DNA of 64,000 nt from positions 64,001-128,000 of the IMG/VR virus record IMGVR_UViG_3300029305_003110; one strand, written 5' to 3'. Below the pieces are notes generated by a model. That model did not search any database. It was not told the origin of the DNA and was given only the letters and a program-made list of their open reading frames with translations. A program made the translations under genes and the position numbers. The stretch is from a virus. Lineage: Duplodnaviria; Caudoviricetes. Position 1 is the stretch's first letter. The number at the start of each line of letters is the position of its first letter. Of this stretch, positions 10,426 to 19,624 are shown piece by piece.

Positions 10426-12519
10426 ATGGCTAAATTAGATAATTATATCGGTAGTACGGAATTAGCTTCTGGCTTAAAACAAAAAGGAGACAAAGACTTC
10501 CCCCTTGTTGAAGCTGGAGCTGTTCAAGTCGATGAAACCGGAAAACGATTGGATGAAAAATTAGAATCTATACCAGGTCAAAAAAATGCTAACTTGGGAG
10601 AAATATTTAATGATTATAAAAATAATAAAGCTATAAGCGAGTATTCCCACTCAGAAGGATTAGAAACATTCTCTGGAAGCAAAGGATTTTATATCGGTTC
10701 TATTAAAAAAAATGATGATGAAACATGGATATTATACTTATCAGATACCGCAACAGATTTACCATCTGACACTTGTGATATAAGTGGTATAAATAGCGAT
10801 GATGTGTTGTCAATAAATAATAATTATAAATATGATGAATGTTGTTCAGTAATATCTACAGATACAAGTAATTGTAGCATTATAGTCAATACATTACCAT
10901 TTACATCATTAGTAGATGGGGCAGAATGGTCAATTGTTGATGTGACAAACCCGGAAGTAGGGGTTATAGATCTTGGAATAAATGCTCATGCTGAAGGTCA
11001 GGGAACTATAGCATTAAGAAGAGCTTCTCATGCTGAAGGAGCTGACACTAAAGCAATTGGAATGTATTCTCATACAGAAGGTAGAGAAACTAAAGCATAT
11101 TATGCAGCTCACGCAGAAGGAAGAGGTTCAGAGGCTTTAGGTGAGATGTCTCATGCTGAAGGCGGTTGGACAAAAGCTTTAGGAAATAATTCCCATTCGG
11201 AAGGAAATACTACTACTGCAAGAGCAATATATTCTCATGCCGAAGGATATATAACAGAAGCAAATGGTATAGCATCTCATTCTGAAGGTAAAAAAACTAA
11301 ATCTAATGGGCATTTTTCACATACGGAAGGCGAATATACAATAGCCACTGGTAGAGGTGCTCACGCCGAAGGTCTTGTTACAGAAGCTAATTATGAAACA
11401 AAAGGTGCATTAGCTGACGCATCACACTCGGAGGGTAACAACACTCTGGCATCAGGAGTATCTTCTCATGCCGAAGGACATTATACAACCGCATCATCTC
11501 ATAGTTCACATTCAGAAGGCTATGAAACTGATGCATATGGTGGTATAGGTGCTCATGCTGAAGGATATGGATCTCAAGCTAATGGACAAGGTGCTCATGC
11601 CGAAGGACATCAATCGACGGCATCTGGAACAGGAGCTCACGCAGAAGGTTCTTCACAGGCAACTGGCGATGGTGCTCATGCAGAGGGTAATAATACTATA
11701 GCGGAAAAAAGAGGTTCTCATTCAGAAGGGGTGTCTACTCAAGCTTTAGAAGTAGGAGCTCATGCTGAAGGTTTACAAACAAGAGCAATTCAACAATACC
11801 AGCATGTTCAAGGTAAATATAATATTGAAGATACTGAAAACAAGTATGCACATATTGTAGGTAATGGAAAGAATGGTGCACGTTCTAATGCACATACATT
11901 AGAATGGAATGGTGATGCTTGGTATGCTGGTGGAATGATATTAGAAAACGGCGAATTAAATATTAAAAATGGAAAAATAACCGTTAATGGTAAGGGTTTA
12001 GTGGGCGAATGGCAAACTGGTTCTGTTAATGGGGAAATATTTAATAATTATGAAAATAATACCGCCAATGGATACTATTCGCATGCTGAAGGATATGGAA
12101 CTGACGCAGATGGGTATGCGTCACATGCTGAAGGTTATTGGTCTGAAGCATACGGAAACTATTCCCATGCTGAAGGTTACTTGACTAAAGCTAAAGGAAG
12201 TTGTTCACACGCTGCTGGTGATGGTACTATAGCAACAGGACCCGCATCATATGTTGTGGGACGATATAATATAGAAGATACTGTCGATGACATTACTAAA
12301 AAAGGAAAATATATATTCATAGTAGGTAATGGTGTATCCGAAGATAATAGAAGCAATGCACATACATTAGAATGGGATGGTACTGCTTGGTATGCTAAAT
12401 CCGTAGAAGCACCTACAATATATACAAATCAGGTTGTATTATTATCTTCAGGAAATATTAAATTTGCTCTTAAAGTAAGAGATGACGGTACTTTATATAC
12501 AGAGGAGGTTATTGATTAA
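10426..12519 (+). CDS. Tail fibre/adhesin with ~14-aa (S/A)HAEG beta-roll repeats
   Basis: More than 20 xxSHAEGxxTxA repeats, and a duplicated GxYNIED..IVGNG..RSNAHTLEW.G.AWYA block. Confidence 0.75.
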   Translation: MAKLDNYIGSTELASGLKQKGDKDFPLVEAGAVQVDETGKRLDEKLESIPGQKNANLGEIFNDYKNNKAISEYSHSEGLETFSGSKGFYIGSIKKNDDETWILYLSDTATDLPSDTCDISGINSDDVLSINNNYKYDECCSVISTDTSNCSIIVNTLPFTSLVDGAEWSIVDVTNPEVGVIDLGINAHAEGQGTIALRRASHAEGADTKAIGMYSHTEGRETKAYYAAHAEGRGSEALGEMSHAEGGWTKALGNNSHSEGNTTTARAIYSHAEGYITEANGIASHSEGKKTKSNGHFSHTEGEYTIATGRGAHAEGLVTEANYETKGALADASHSEGNNTLASGVSSHAEGHYTTASSHSSHSEGYETDAYGGIGAHAEGYGSQANGQGAHAEGHQSTASGTGAHAEGSSQATGDGAHAEGNNTIAEKRGSHSEGVSTQALEVGAHAEGLQTRAIQQYQHVQGKYNIEDTENKYAHIVGNGKNGARSNAHTLEWNGDAWYAGGMILENGELNIKNGKITVNGKGLVGEWQTGSVNGEIFNNYENNTANGYYSHAEGYGTDADGYASHAEGYWSEAYGNYSHAEGYLTKAKGSCSHAAGDGTIATGPASYVVGRYNIEDTVDDITKKGKYIFIVGNGVSEDNRSNAHTLEWDGTAWYAKSVEAPTIYTNQVVLLSSGNIKFALKVRDDGTLYTEEVID

Positions 12520-13757
12520 TGAGTACTAATATACATGCAACTCAAAAATGGGTTGAAGACAAATTATCTAATATCGTGCCCTCTGAAGGTGGAGGAGTGG
12601 GGTTAATTAAAGTCCCTGAACAAGTCGTTGGAAAATTAAATAATATTCTTGTATATGATAAAAATGGAAATTCGACAACCATTGTTGAAGATGTCTATGA
12701 TGGTTTATTTGAAGTATACGTAAAATTTACATCAGATAATCCCGATGATTTGGAATATTATACAATTCCAGAAAGACATTTACTGATGGAACAACGAATT
12801 GTAATAGAGGCTGATGGTGCAAACACATATATAGTCCAGACAATATTAAAAGATAATGTTATATACACAAGATCGATTACTATGTTTGACCTTAGTGGAG
12901 AAAATCCTAACCCGGACTATAACTTTGTCGAATGGAATCCTTTTTATGCTATTAATTTATCCCCAAGTAGTTATTTTGATTCTGATAATAATAAAAATAC
13001 ACCATTATCCGTTTATGCGGGTAAGGTGCTTAATGAACAAAAAGAAGAGATATCAAATAAATCATTAGTAATTGACAATACTGCGGACGATACAAAATAT
13101 CCTACAACAAAAGCAGTTAAAGATTTTGTTGAAGAAGTGTCCGGAGGCATTATTGATGTAGAATATGAAAGCGATAATCATCAAGTTAATTCTGGTGATC
13201 TTAGGACAAAAATCGAATATTATGACTCTAAAGGAAACTCTGTAGATTTAAATAATGAACAAGCCCGTGAAAAACTTAGTACAGGATTATATCGAATCAA
13301 AGTAAAATCAACTTGGGATATACCAGAAATTGATGATGATTTAAACGAAATAGGTCGTAAGGTTAGTAACGCAATTGCTGAAGATATTGTATTCCAACGT
13401 GTAATTAAATATGATACCACAGCTAGTCCAGAAACAATGTATGGTAACTTAATTGTAAATCAATATTTAATTTCATCGTTATCTGAAGAAGATCTTAAAT
13501 GGAGACAAGCGATGATAAAGATTGATGGTTCTGTGGTATCAACAGGTTGGCAGAGTGTCTTGCATAAATTTGAACTATCAGCATATAGAGTATCTGATAT
13601 AGAAAATCCTGAATATGAAGGTTATGAAGAGGAATACTATCCGAATATTAAAGCAGTTAAAGATTATGTCGGTAATATTTCAGGAAATAATATTAGGGCA
13701 TTTATAGATGAGAACAAAGTATTAAGGATAACTAAAAGTGACGTTATGGATTCATAA
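12519..13757 (+). CDS. Putative tail fibre component
   Basis: PLSVYAGKVLNE and DDTKYPTTKAVKDFV fibre-type motifs. Translationally coupled to the upstream gene (TAATG overlap). Confidence 0.6.
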   Translation: MSTNIHATQKWVEDKLSNIVPSEGGGVGLIKVPEQVVGKLNNILVYDKNGNSTTIVEDVYDGLFEVYVKFTSDNPDDLEYYTIPERHLLMEQRIVIEADGANTYIVQTILKDNVIYTRSITMFDLSGENPNPDYNFVEWNPFYAINLSPSSYFDSDNNKNTPLSVYAGKVLNEQKEEISNKSLVIDNTADDTKYPTTKAVKDFVEEVSGGIIDVEYESDNHQVNSGDLRTKIEYYDSKGNSVDLNNEQAREKLSTGLYRIKVKSTWDIPEIDDDLNEIGRKVSNAIAEDIVFQRVIKYDTTASPETMYGNLIVNQYLISSLSEEDLKWRQAMIKIDGSVVSTGWQSVLHKFELSAYRVSDIENPEYEGYEEEYYPNIKAVKDYVGNISGNNIRAFIDENKVLRITKSDVMDS

Positions 13758-13818
13758 CGTCACTGCAGTAATAAAATATCAATAATATCATAATTTTTTA
13801 TTTTAATATGGAAAAGGA

Positions 13819-16800
13819 GTGTATTTTTTTATGAATTTTATGCCATATTTAAATGTATTTGGTATCGACTCAATGCAGGTTGCATGTATAACCGGAGCAG
13901 GTGAACCGACAGCATCAACAGAAGGCGATGTTGGTTGTTTCTACATGGATACCAATACTGGCGATGTGTACAGATGTACAAAAGTCGAAAACGACATTTA
14001 CACATGGGAAAAAGAGAATGAAGGAATTATTCAGGTTTCTCATTCACCAACAGATTATAATAAAATACCTGTATTCAGTAAAACAGGAACTGTAGCACAA
14101 TCAATTGATGATGCACATATAGGTATTTTCAAATGTTCAGGTGTTCACTATTCATCAAATAGTAAGTTTATTGCATCTGCACTCATATTCCAAACACGAT
14201 ATGAAAAGGAAGATACTGAATCTAATGAAACTGTTGAAGATGTCATTAATCAAACAATGTTTAGTGATGATGGAAAACTAAGAACAAGAACAGTAAATAC
14301 TAGTAATTTCCCTGTAACCGATATGGAATGGGAGACAGTAGATATTTCTAGCATGTCTAATCTATTATCAAAAATAGAAACCCATGCTAATAATTCGGAT
14401 AATCCTCATAATGTTACAAAGGAACAGGTTGGACTTTCTAATGTAGATAATACATCAGATATTGATAAACCTGTAAGTAGTGCGACACAGACTGCACTTG
14501 TTGAAAAAGAAGATATTGTAAACAAATCAACAGTAATAGACAATACTGCGGACGATACAAAATATCCTACAACGAAAGCTGTAGTCGATTATGTTGAAAA
14601 CGAAGTTGATAATGTTGTGTTGAATAGACTAATGCCAATTTTTGAGATTTCAGAAGGACAACATAATATATTAAACCCAGATAATTTCGAAAGCGGATAT
14701 TATGAAACTACATTAGAGAAAAAACCAAGTACTAACCATATGAGAACTATTACACCAATTCCAATTTCCGAAGGGATTACTAAATTATATGAATATATTA
14801 ATATCCCATCTGATATTGATGTGGGTACCGATGCTCTATTAAATATCATGTTTTTAGATAGTGATGGAGCTTTCATTAAAAACCAGATCTCAAAATTTTA
14901 TTTATTCGAAGATAGTTCATCTGCTCTATCTGAAAACGTTCCATCAAACACAACAAGTGTACATGTGTGGATTAGTGGAGTAACTCGGGGTATTGATATA
15001 ACACATGTTTGCATATCCGAAACTGAGATTGATGAATATGAACCTTATACAAATGAACCAATAATTAAATCTATAAAACCAGAAATGGTTGATTACAAAG
15101 AAGAAATCAGTAACAAAGTGTCTGAAATAACAGAAGAAAATACTGATACAGAACACTATCCGAATACTAATGCGGTTATTGATTATGTTAATAAAATGGT
15201 TCCATCAAATAAAAAAGAGGTTTTGTCCGATAACAAATTTGATGGAATATTTGACACAGAAGGGTACTATATTGATGTAGTTGCAGATAGTCCTACATTT
15301 GATCAATTAGTAAAAGGTACTTCATTTAAATGCACTTCAAGATATATAAGCATATTTGATAACCCTGTTACAGAATATACTCTGTGTATATCAAAAGAGT
15401 TTACTACAAAAAGCATGTGTATAGTTTTTTATGATGAAAATAAAAATTATATATCACATCGAGTATTAACTACAAGCACGAGTCCCTCAACATTGTTCAC
15501 CTATTATCTTACGAGTGGCGCGAAATATTTTAGATTACATGTTGAGAAAACTTACGATGGTCAAATATTTATATCCCCTCATAATCCGAGTAATATAGAA
15601 TTTGTTAATTATGAGTATATAGAAAGTGTTGACCAACGTGATAAACTTAAAGGTAAAACCATTGTAAATTTTGGTGATAGTATCTTTGGTAATTATAGAT
15701 ACCCGAATGATATTTCTACTGAAATTTCAAGATTAACAGATGCTACAGTTCATAATTGTGGTTTTGGTGGCTGTCGTATGGCAAAACATACTATTGCTAA
15801 TTTCGATGCATTTAGTATGAAAAGCCTTGTATCAGCAATAGTATCAAATGATTTTTCTATTCAAGATGCAGCAATTGAATCTGGGAAAATAGCGGAAACT
15901 GAAGGAACTGGTAAGTTACCATCATATTTTGAGAATACTCTTGCATTGCTTAAATCGATTGATTTTACAGATGTTGATATTATTACTATCGCTTACGGTA
16001 CAAATGATTTTGCTGGCAATATAGTTATTGATGATGAAACAAATTTATATAATACCGATTGTTTTGCGGGTGCATTAAGATATAGCATTGAAACTTTATT
16101 AAACACATACCCTCACTTAAAAATATTTATTTGCTCTCAGACTTATAGATTTTGGGCAGACAAAGAAAACGATTATGCATTTATTAATGATAGTGATACC
16201 CGTACTCGTAATGATGGTAAAATGTTAACAGACTTTGTTGAAAAAACAAAAGAAGTGGCAGTAGAGTATCGTTTGCCGTATATAGATAATTATTATTCTT
16301 TAGGAATGAATAAATTTAATAGAAGTATATATTTTTCTAAAACAGATGGTACTCATCCGTTATTAACAGGTAGAAGACTGATTGCAGAGCATATTGCTAG
16401 CAATCTTGTTGACTCTAAAACTGATGTGGCATCTATTTATGAATTTAAAAAAAATAAATCAACTATAATAGACGACACTGCGGACGATATAAAATATCCA
16501 ACAACTAAAGCTGTAGCCGATTATGTTGAAAATGCTACAATGCTCCAGATTACTTCATTATCCGGAAAAAGGAATGAGTTCACTATAGTTGAAGGTAGTG
16601 GAGATTATTTAAGTATCAATGGTGATAATAGAGTACTTTATGGTGCAGATTCTACAAATTATACAGATATAGCAAAGCTTATTAAAGATCATATATACTT
16701 CTTATATGTTAATTTTGATAAACTTGCAGAGTTCTCTTTAACTGTTAATAGAATTAAGTTATTAACAGGATCGTCAACTATTGCAGGAACAATAAAAAAT

Positions 16801-18483
16801 GTTTATCAACCAACCAATAATGAAGCATGCATTACTTTTGTAGCCTCTAAAGAAACATTACAAAATATACAATTTAGACCAAGTGTAACCATGTCTAATA
16901 ATGACAGTGTACCTAAGTACTATTGTATTATAGATGTTACTGATATATATGGTCACGAATATTATGCTTCTCAATTATACGAATATTTAAATTCTAATTT
17001 AGAAGAACTTGGTACTGTTGGAATTAGTACTATAGACAAATTATCTAATAAGTTATTATACTCAGATAAAACAGGAATTACTAATATTCAGGATAAACTT
17101 GAAACAAATATGCAACGAGTATGTGATTCTATTAGCGATAACGCTAATTTAATTTTTGGAGAACCTGTATTTTCTAAAAATAATATAGTTTACACATATA
17201 ATGCAAATGAAAGCTATAAAAATGAAATATTATCAGAAATTGATGTTGTTGAATTATCAACATATACTGTAGTATATACTGGTGCTACCGGATTTGATAC
17301 TTCAAATGGTGGTTTAGTTGCATATTATTATGATGAATCAAATGCTAAAACAAGTACAAAACTTTCATTAAACGGTAGTGGAACTTCAGAATTTACAGTA
17401 CCAAAAGGAACTGTAAGATGCGAATTAGCTATTCAAAAAGTTGCTGCAGCATTAGAAACCGGAGGAACCATTAAAATAACTACTTTAGGAGTATATCGTC
17501 ATGAATCAGATGTTCCGCCATATTTCGTTAGTCACCTATCTGAAAAAGAGGATATTATTAGAGATAAGAATACTATTAGTGCTATAAATGGAGATAGTTT
17601 TATATGGATTACAGACTATCACTTACAAACTGATGACCGTACAAATCCAGAAAATTCTCCATCATTAATCAAACATATTATGGATAATACGAATACACGT
17701 TTTGTTGCATTTGGTGGAGATTCATTTACAAATTATTATAGTGGATTGGCACAAAATGATCGTGATAAAATATTAACTGGTGTTAGAAATTTCTATAATA
17801 AATTTAAAAAATCATTTGATTTCTTACAACCTTGGAAGTTCCGTAAAGTAATAGGAAATCATGAATGGAATAATCCTGGTGTAAGTGAGGATTATGCACT
17901 TGCACAATTAACACCAAATGAGGTTTATTCATATTATTATAAAGAAAATGAAGATTTTACTGTATTCAGTCCTAATGGTATGAATTATTATTTTGATAAT
18001 AAAACTCAAAAAATTAGATATTTTTGCTTAGGTTGTAATGAAGCTGCTAAAATAGTTGATGATACATATCCATGGTTACTCGAACAATTTGTTGAATTAC
18101 CAGAGGATTATTCTGTTATAATTCTCACGCATTCTGCATTATCATTGGATGGAACTAAATCAAATCAGTCAACATTAATGGGAGCTTTAGCTACTTTAAA
18201 AACTGGTGGCGATTATGTATATAGTGAAAAGACATATACTTTACTTGCTCATGATGTTATCGGAATAATTTCTGGTGATATTCATCGCGATGCTAATATA
18301 GTTGAGTCGGGTATAAATATCATTGCTACCACAGCGGATTCTTTATATCAAGATAAAGTTATGGAAAGAACTTTAGGCACTGTCACAGAACACGCATTTG
18401 ATGTAATAAACATAGATAAAACAAATCGAAAGATATATTTAACACGTATTGGTGCAGGTGAAGACCGCGAAATAGATTTTTAA
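13819..18483 (+). CDS. Tail fibre/spike protein with SGNH(GDSL) hydrolase and C-terminal metallophosphoesterase domains
   Basis: NPHNVTKEQVGLSNVDNTSD fibre motif. SGNH motifs FGDSI, YGTND, DGTHP. Phosphoesterase motifs ITDYH, GGDS, GNHE, LTH, GDIHRD. Confidence 0.75.
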   Translation: MYFFMNFMPYLNVFGIDSMQVACITGAGEPTASTEGDVGCFYMDTNTGDVYRCTKVENDIYTWEKENEGIIQVSHSPTDYNKIPVFSKTGTVAQSIDDAHIGIFKCSGVHYSSNSKFIASALIFQTRYEKEDTESNETVEDVINQTMFSDDGKLRTRTVNTSNFPVTDMEWETVDISSMSNLLSKIETHANNSDNPHNVTKEQVGLSNVDNTSDIDKPVSSATQTALVEKEDIVNKSTVIDNTADDTKYPTTKAVVDYVENEVDNVVLNRLMPIFEISEGQHNILNPDNFESGYYETTLEKKPSTNHMRTITPIPISEGITKLYEYINIPSDIDVGTDALLNIMFLDSDGAFIKNQISKFYLFEDSSSALSENVPSNTTSVHVWISGVTRGIDITHVCISETEIDEYEPYTNEPIIKSIKPEMVDYKEEISNKVSEITEENTDTEHYPNTNAVIDYVNKMVPSNKKEVLSDNKFDGIFDTEGYYIDVVADSPTFDQLVKGTSFKCTSRYISIFDNPVTEYTLCISKEFTTKSMCIVFYDENKNYISHRVLTTSTSPSTLFTYYLTSGAKYFRLHVEKTYDGQIFISPHNPSNIEFVNYEYIESVDQRDKLKGKTIVNFGDSIFGNYRYPNDISTEISRLTDATVHNCGFGGCRMAKHTIANFDAFSMKSLVSAIVSNDFSIQDAAIESGKIAETEGTGKLPSYFENTLALLKSIDFTDVDIITIAYGTNDFAGNIVIDDETNLYNTDCFAGALRYSIETLLNTYPHLKIFICSQTYRFWADKENDYAFINDSDTRTRNDGKMLTDFVEKTKEVAVEYRLPYIDNYYSLGMNKFNRSIYFSKTDGTHPLLTGRRLIAEHIASNLVDSKTDVASIYEFKKNKSTIIDDTADDIKYPTTKAVADYVENATMLQITSLSGKRNEFTIVEGSGDYLSINGDNRVLYGADSTNYTDIAKLIKDHIYFLYVNFDKLAEFSLTVNRIKLLTGSSTIAGTIKNVYQPTNNEACITFVASKETLQNIQFRPSVTMSNNDSVPKYYCIIDVTDIYGHEYYASQLYEYLNSNLEELGTVGISTIDKLSNKLLYSDKTGITNIQDKLETNMQRVCDSISDNANLIFGEPVFSKNNIVYTYNANESYKNEILSEIDVVELSTYTVVYTGATGFDTSNGGLVAYYYDESNAKTSTKLSLNGSGTSEFTVPKGTVRCELAIQKVAAALETGGTIKITTLGVYRHESDVPPYFVSHLSEKEDIIRDKNTISAINGDSFIWITDYHLQTDDRTNPENSPSLIKHIMDNTNTRFVAFGGDSFTNYYSGLAQNDRDKILTGVRNFYNKFKKSFDFLQPWKFRKVIGNHEWNNPGVSEDYALAQLTPNEVYSYYYKENEDFTVFSPNGMNYYFDNKTQKIRYFCLGCNEAAKIVDDTYPWLLEQFVELPEDYSVIILTHSALSLDGTKSNQSTLMGALATLKTGGDYVYSEKTYTLLAHDVIGIISGDIHRDANIVESGINIIATTADSLYQDKVMERTLGTVTEHAFDVINIDKTNRKIYLTRIGAGEDREIDF

Positions 18484-18513
18484 TGTATATTATTTTTAAG
18501 GAGAGGATACTAG

Positions 18514-18831
18514 ATGGGATTAAAAACTACAAATTATGAAGTTAAAGAATTCGGAATTTCTTTACCTAATGCGTATGCACAAATTACAAATCTTAGTGTA
18601 GATTTAAAAGGAAGTGCTCAAGCGATTGTTGAAATTCAACAAACTAGAGCAGATATAGGTGTTAAAAATGCATTAGATAGAAAAATTGTTAGATGTGATA
18701 TCAATAAAGAGCGTCCTGTTCATGAACAAGTTTATATTTATATAAAAGAAAATCTCTTGAACGATTGGGAAGATGATATTGTTGAAGAGAAAGAAGGTTC
18801 TAACGGTGAAGAAACTCCTGTAAAAGAATAA
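18514..18831 (+). CDS. Hypothetical protein (possible fibre assembly factor)
   Basis: 105-aa ORF with strong RBS directly after the fibre gene, followed by hairpin 18852-18883. Confidence 0.55.
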   Translation: MGLKTTNYEVKEFGISLPNAYAQITNLSVDLKGSAQAIVEIQQTRADIGVKNALDRKIVRCDINKERPVHEQVYIYIKENLLNDWEDDIVEEKEGSNGEETPVKE

Positions 18832-18927
18832 TTATGTAAAATATCTTCACATGAGGAATGGATATTGATTTATCCATTCCTCACTTTTATTTATCAACAT
18901 TAAAGTAATATATAAAATACTATAAAG

Positions 18928-19527
18928 GTGGTGAACAGATTTATGACTGAAGAATATACGGATATATTGTCAAAAGTCCTACAGGAAACACAAAATGATG
19001 TAATAGTATTTACAATTGTTTTGTTAATTGGATTTGCGGCAGTAATGCTTCCATTATATATATCATTGAGTCGGTCTAAGAAAACAGCACAACAACAACA
19101 ACTTGAAGAGAAACAACAATTGATTAGTGTTGTTCAGCAAAATACGGATGCAATAAGTACATTAAAAACATCTTTAGATTTGAATAATGCCACAACAAAC
19201 ACTTTATTACAAAATATAAATGATAATACTAACGAGGCTGCTATTAAAATTGCTAAAATTTTAGCTTCTCAAATTCAGATTGCTCCAAAGATTGAAAGAA
19301 TAATAGGAGATAATGATAATTTGCATGACTATGTGCATGAACATAGACAGCATATTGAGGAGATTGCGGTATTAAAAGAAGAAAGTATTGAAATAAAAAA
19401 TGAATTAGAATCTTCTAAATTACAATTAAATTCAATCGATGAACGTACAAAGAGTATTATAACTAAACTTATCGATATGAATAATAATATACTTCGTCTC
19501 GGTGAGTCTGAATCGAACCAAAAATGA
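18928..19527 (+). CDS. Single-TM coiled-coil membrane protein (holin/BhlA-like)
   Basis: Hydrophobic VIVFTIVLLIGFAAVMLPLYI, then LISVVQQNTDAISTL and heptad repeats. Has its own late-type promoter and a terminator. Confidence 0.5.
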   Translation: MVNRFMTEEYTDILSKVLQETQNDVIVFTIVLLIGFAAVMLPLYISLSRSKKTAQQQQLEEKQQLISVVQQNTDAISTLKTSLDLNNATTNTLLQNINDNTNEAAIKIAKILASQIQIAPKIERIIGDNDNLHDYVHEHRQHIEEIAVLKEESIEIKNELESSKLQLNSIDERTKSIITKLIDMNNNILRLGESESNQK

Positions 19528-19624
19528 AATAGAATGCAATAGTTTACTTAGTATTACTATTGCATTCTATATTTTTATCGAATTTAACATTAATATAATT
19601 ACAAAATAAAAGGAGGTTTATAAA

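Noticed and set aside
10980-12240. CRISPR-like or guide array from the ~42-nt periodic catgctgaagg repeats
   Set aside because: The repeats are in-frame codons for HAEG peptide repeats and vary at synonymous positions.
11815-12400. Diversity-generating retroelement template/variable repeat pair
   Set aside because: Differences between the two copies are not confined to adenines, both copies are in one ORF, and no reverse transcriptase is in the window.
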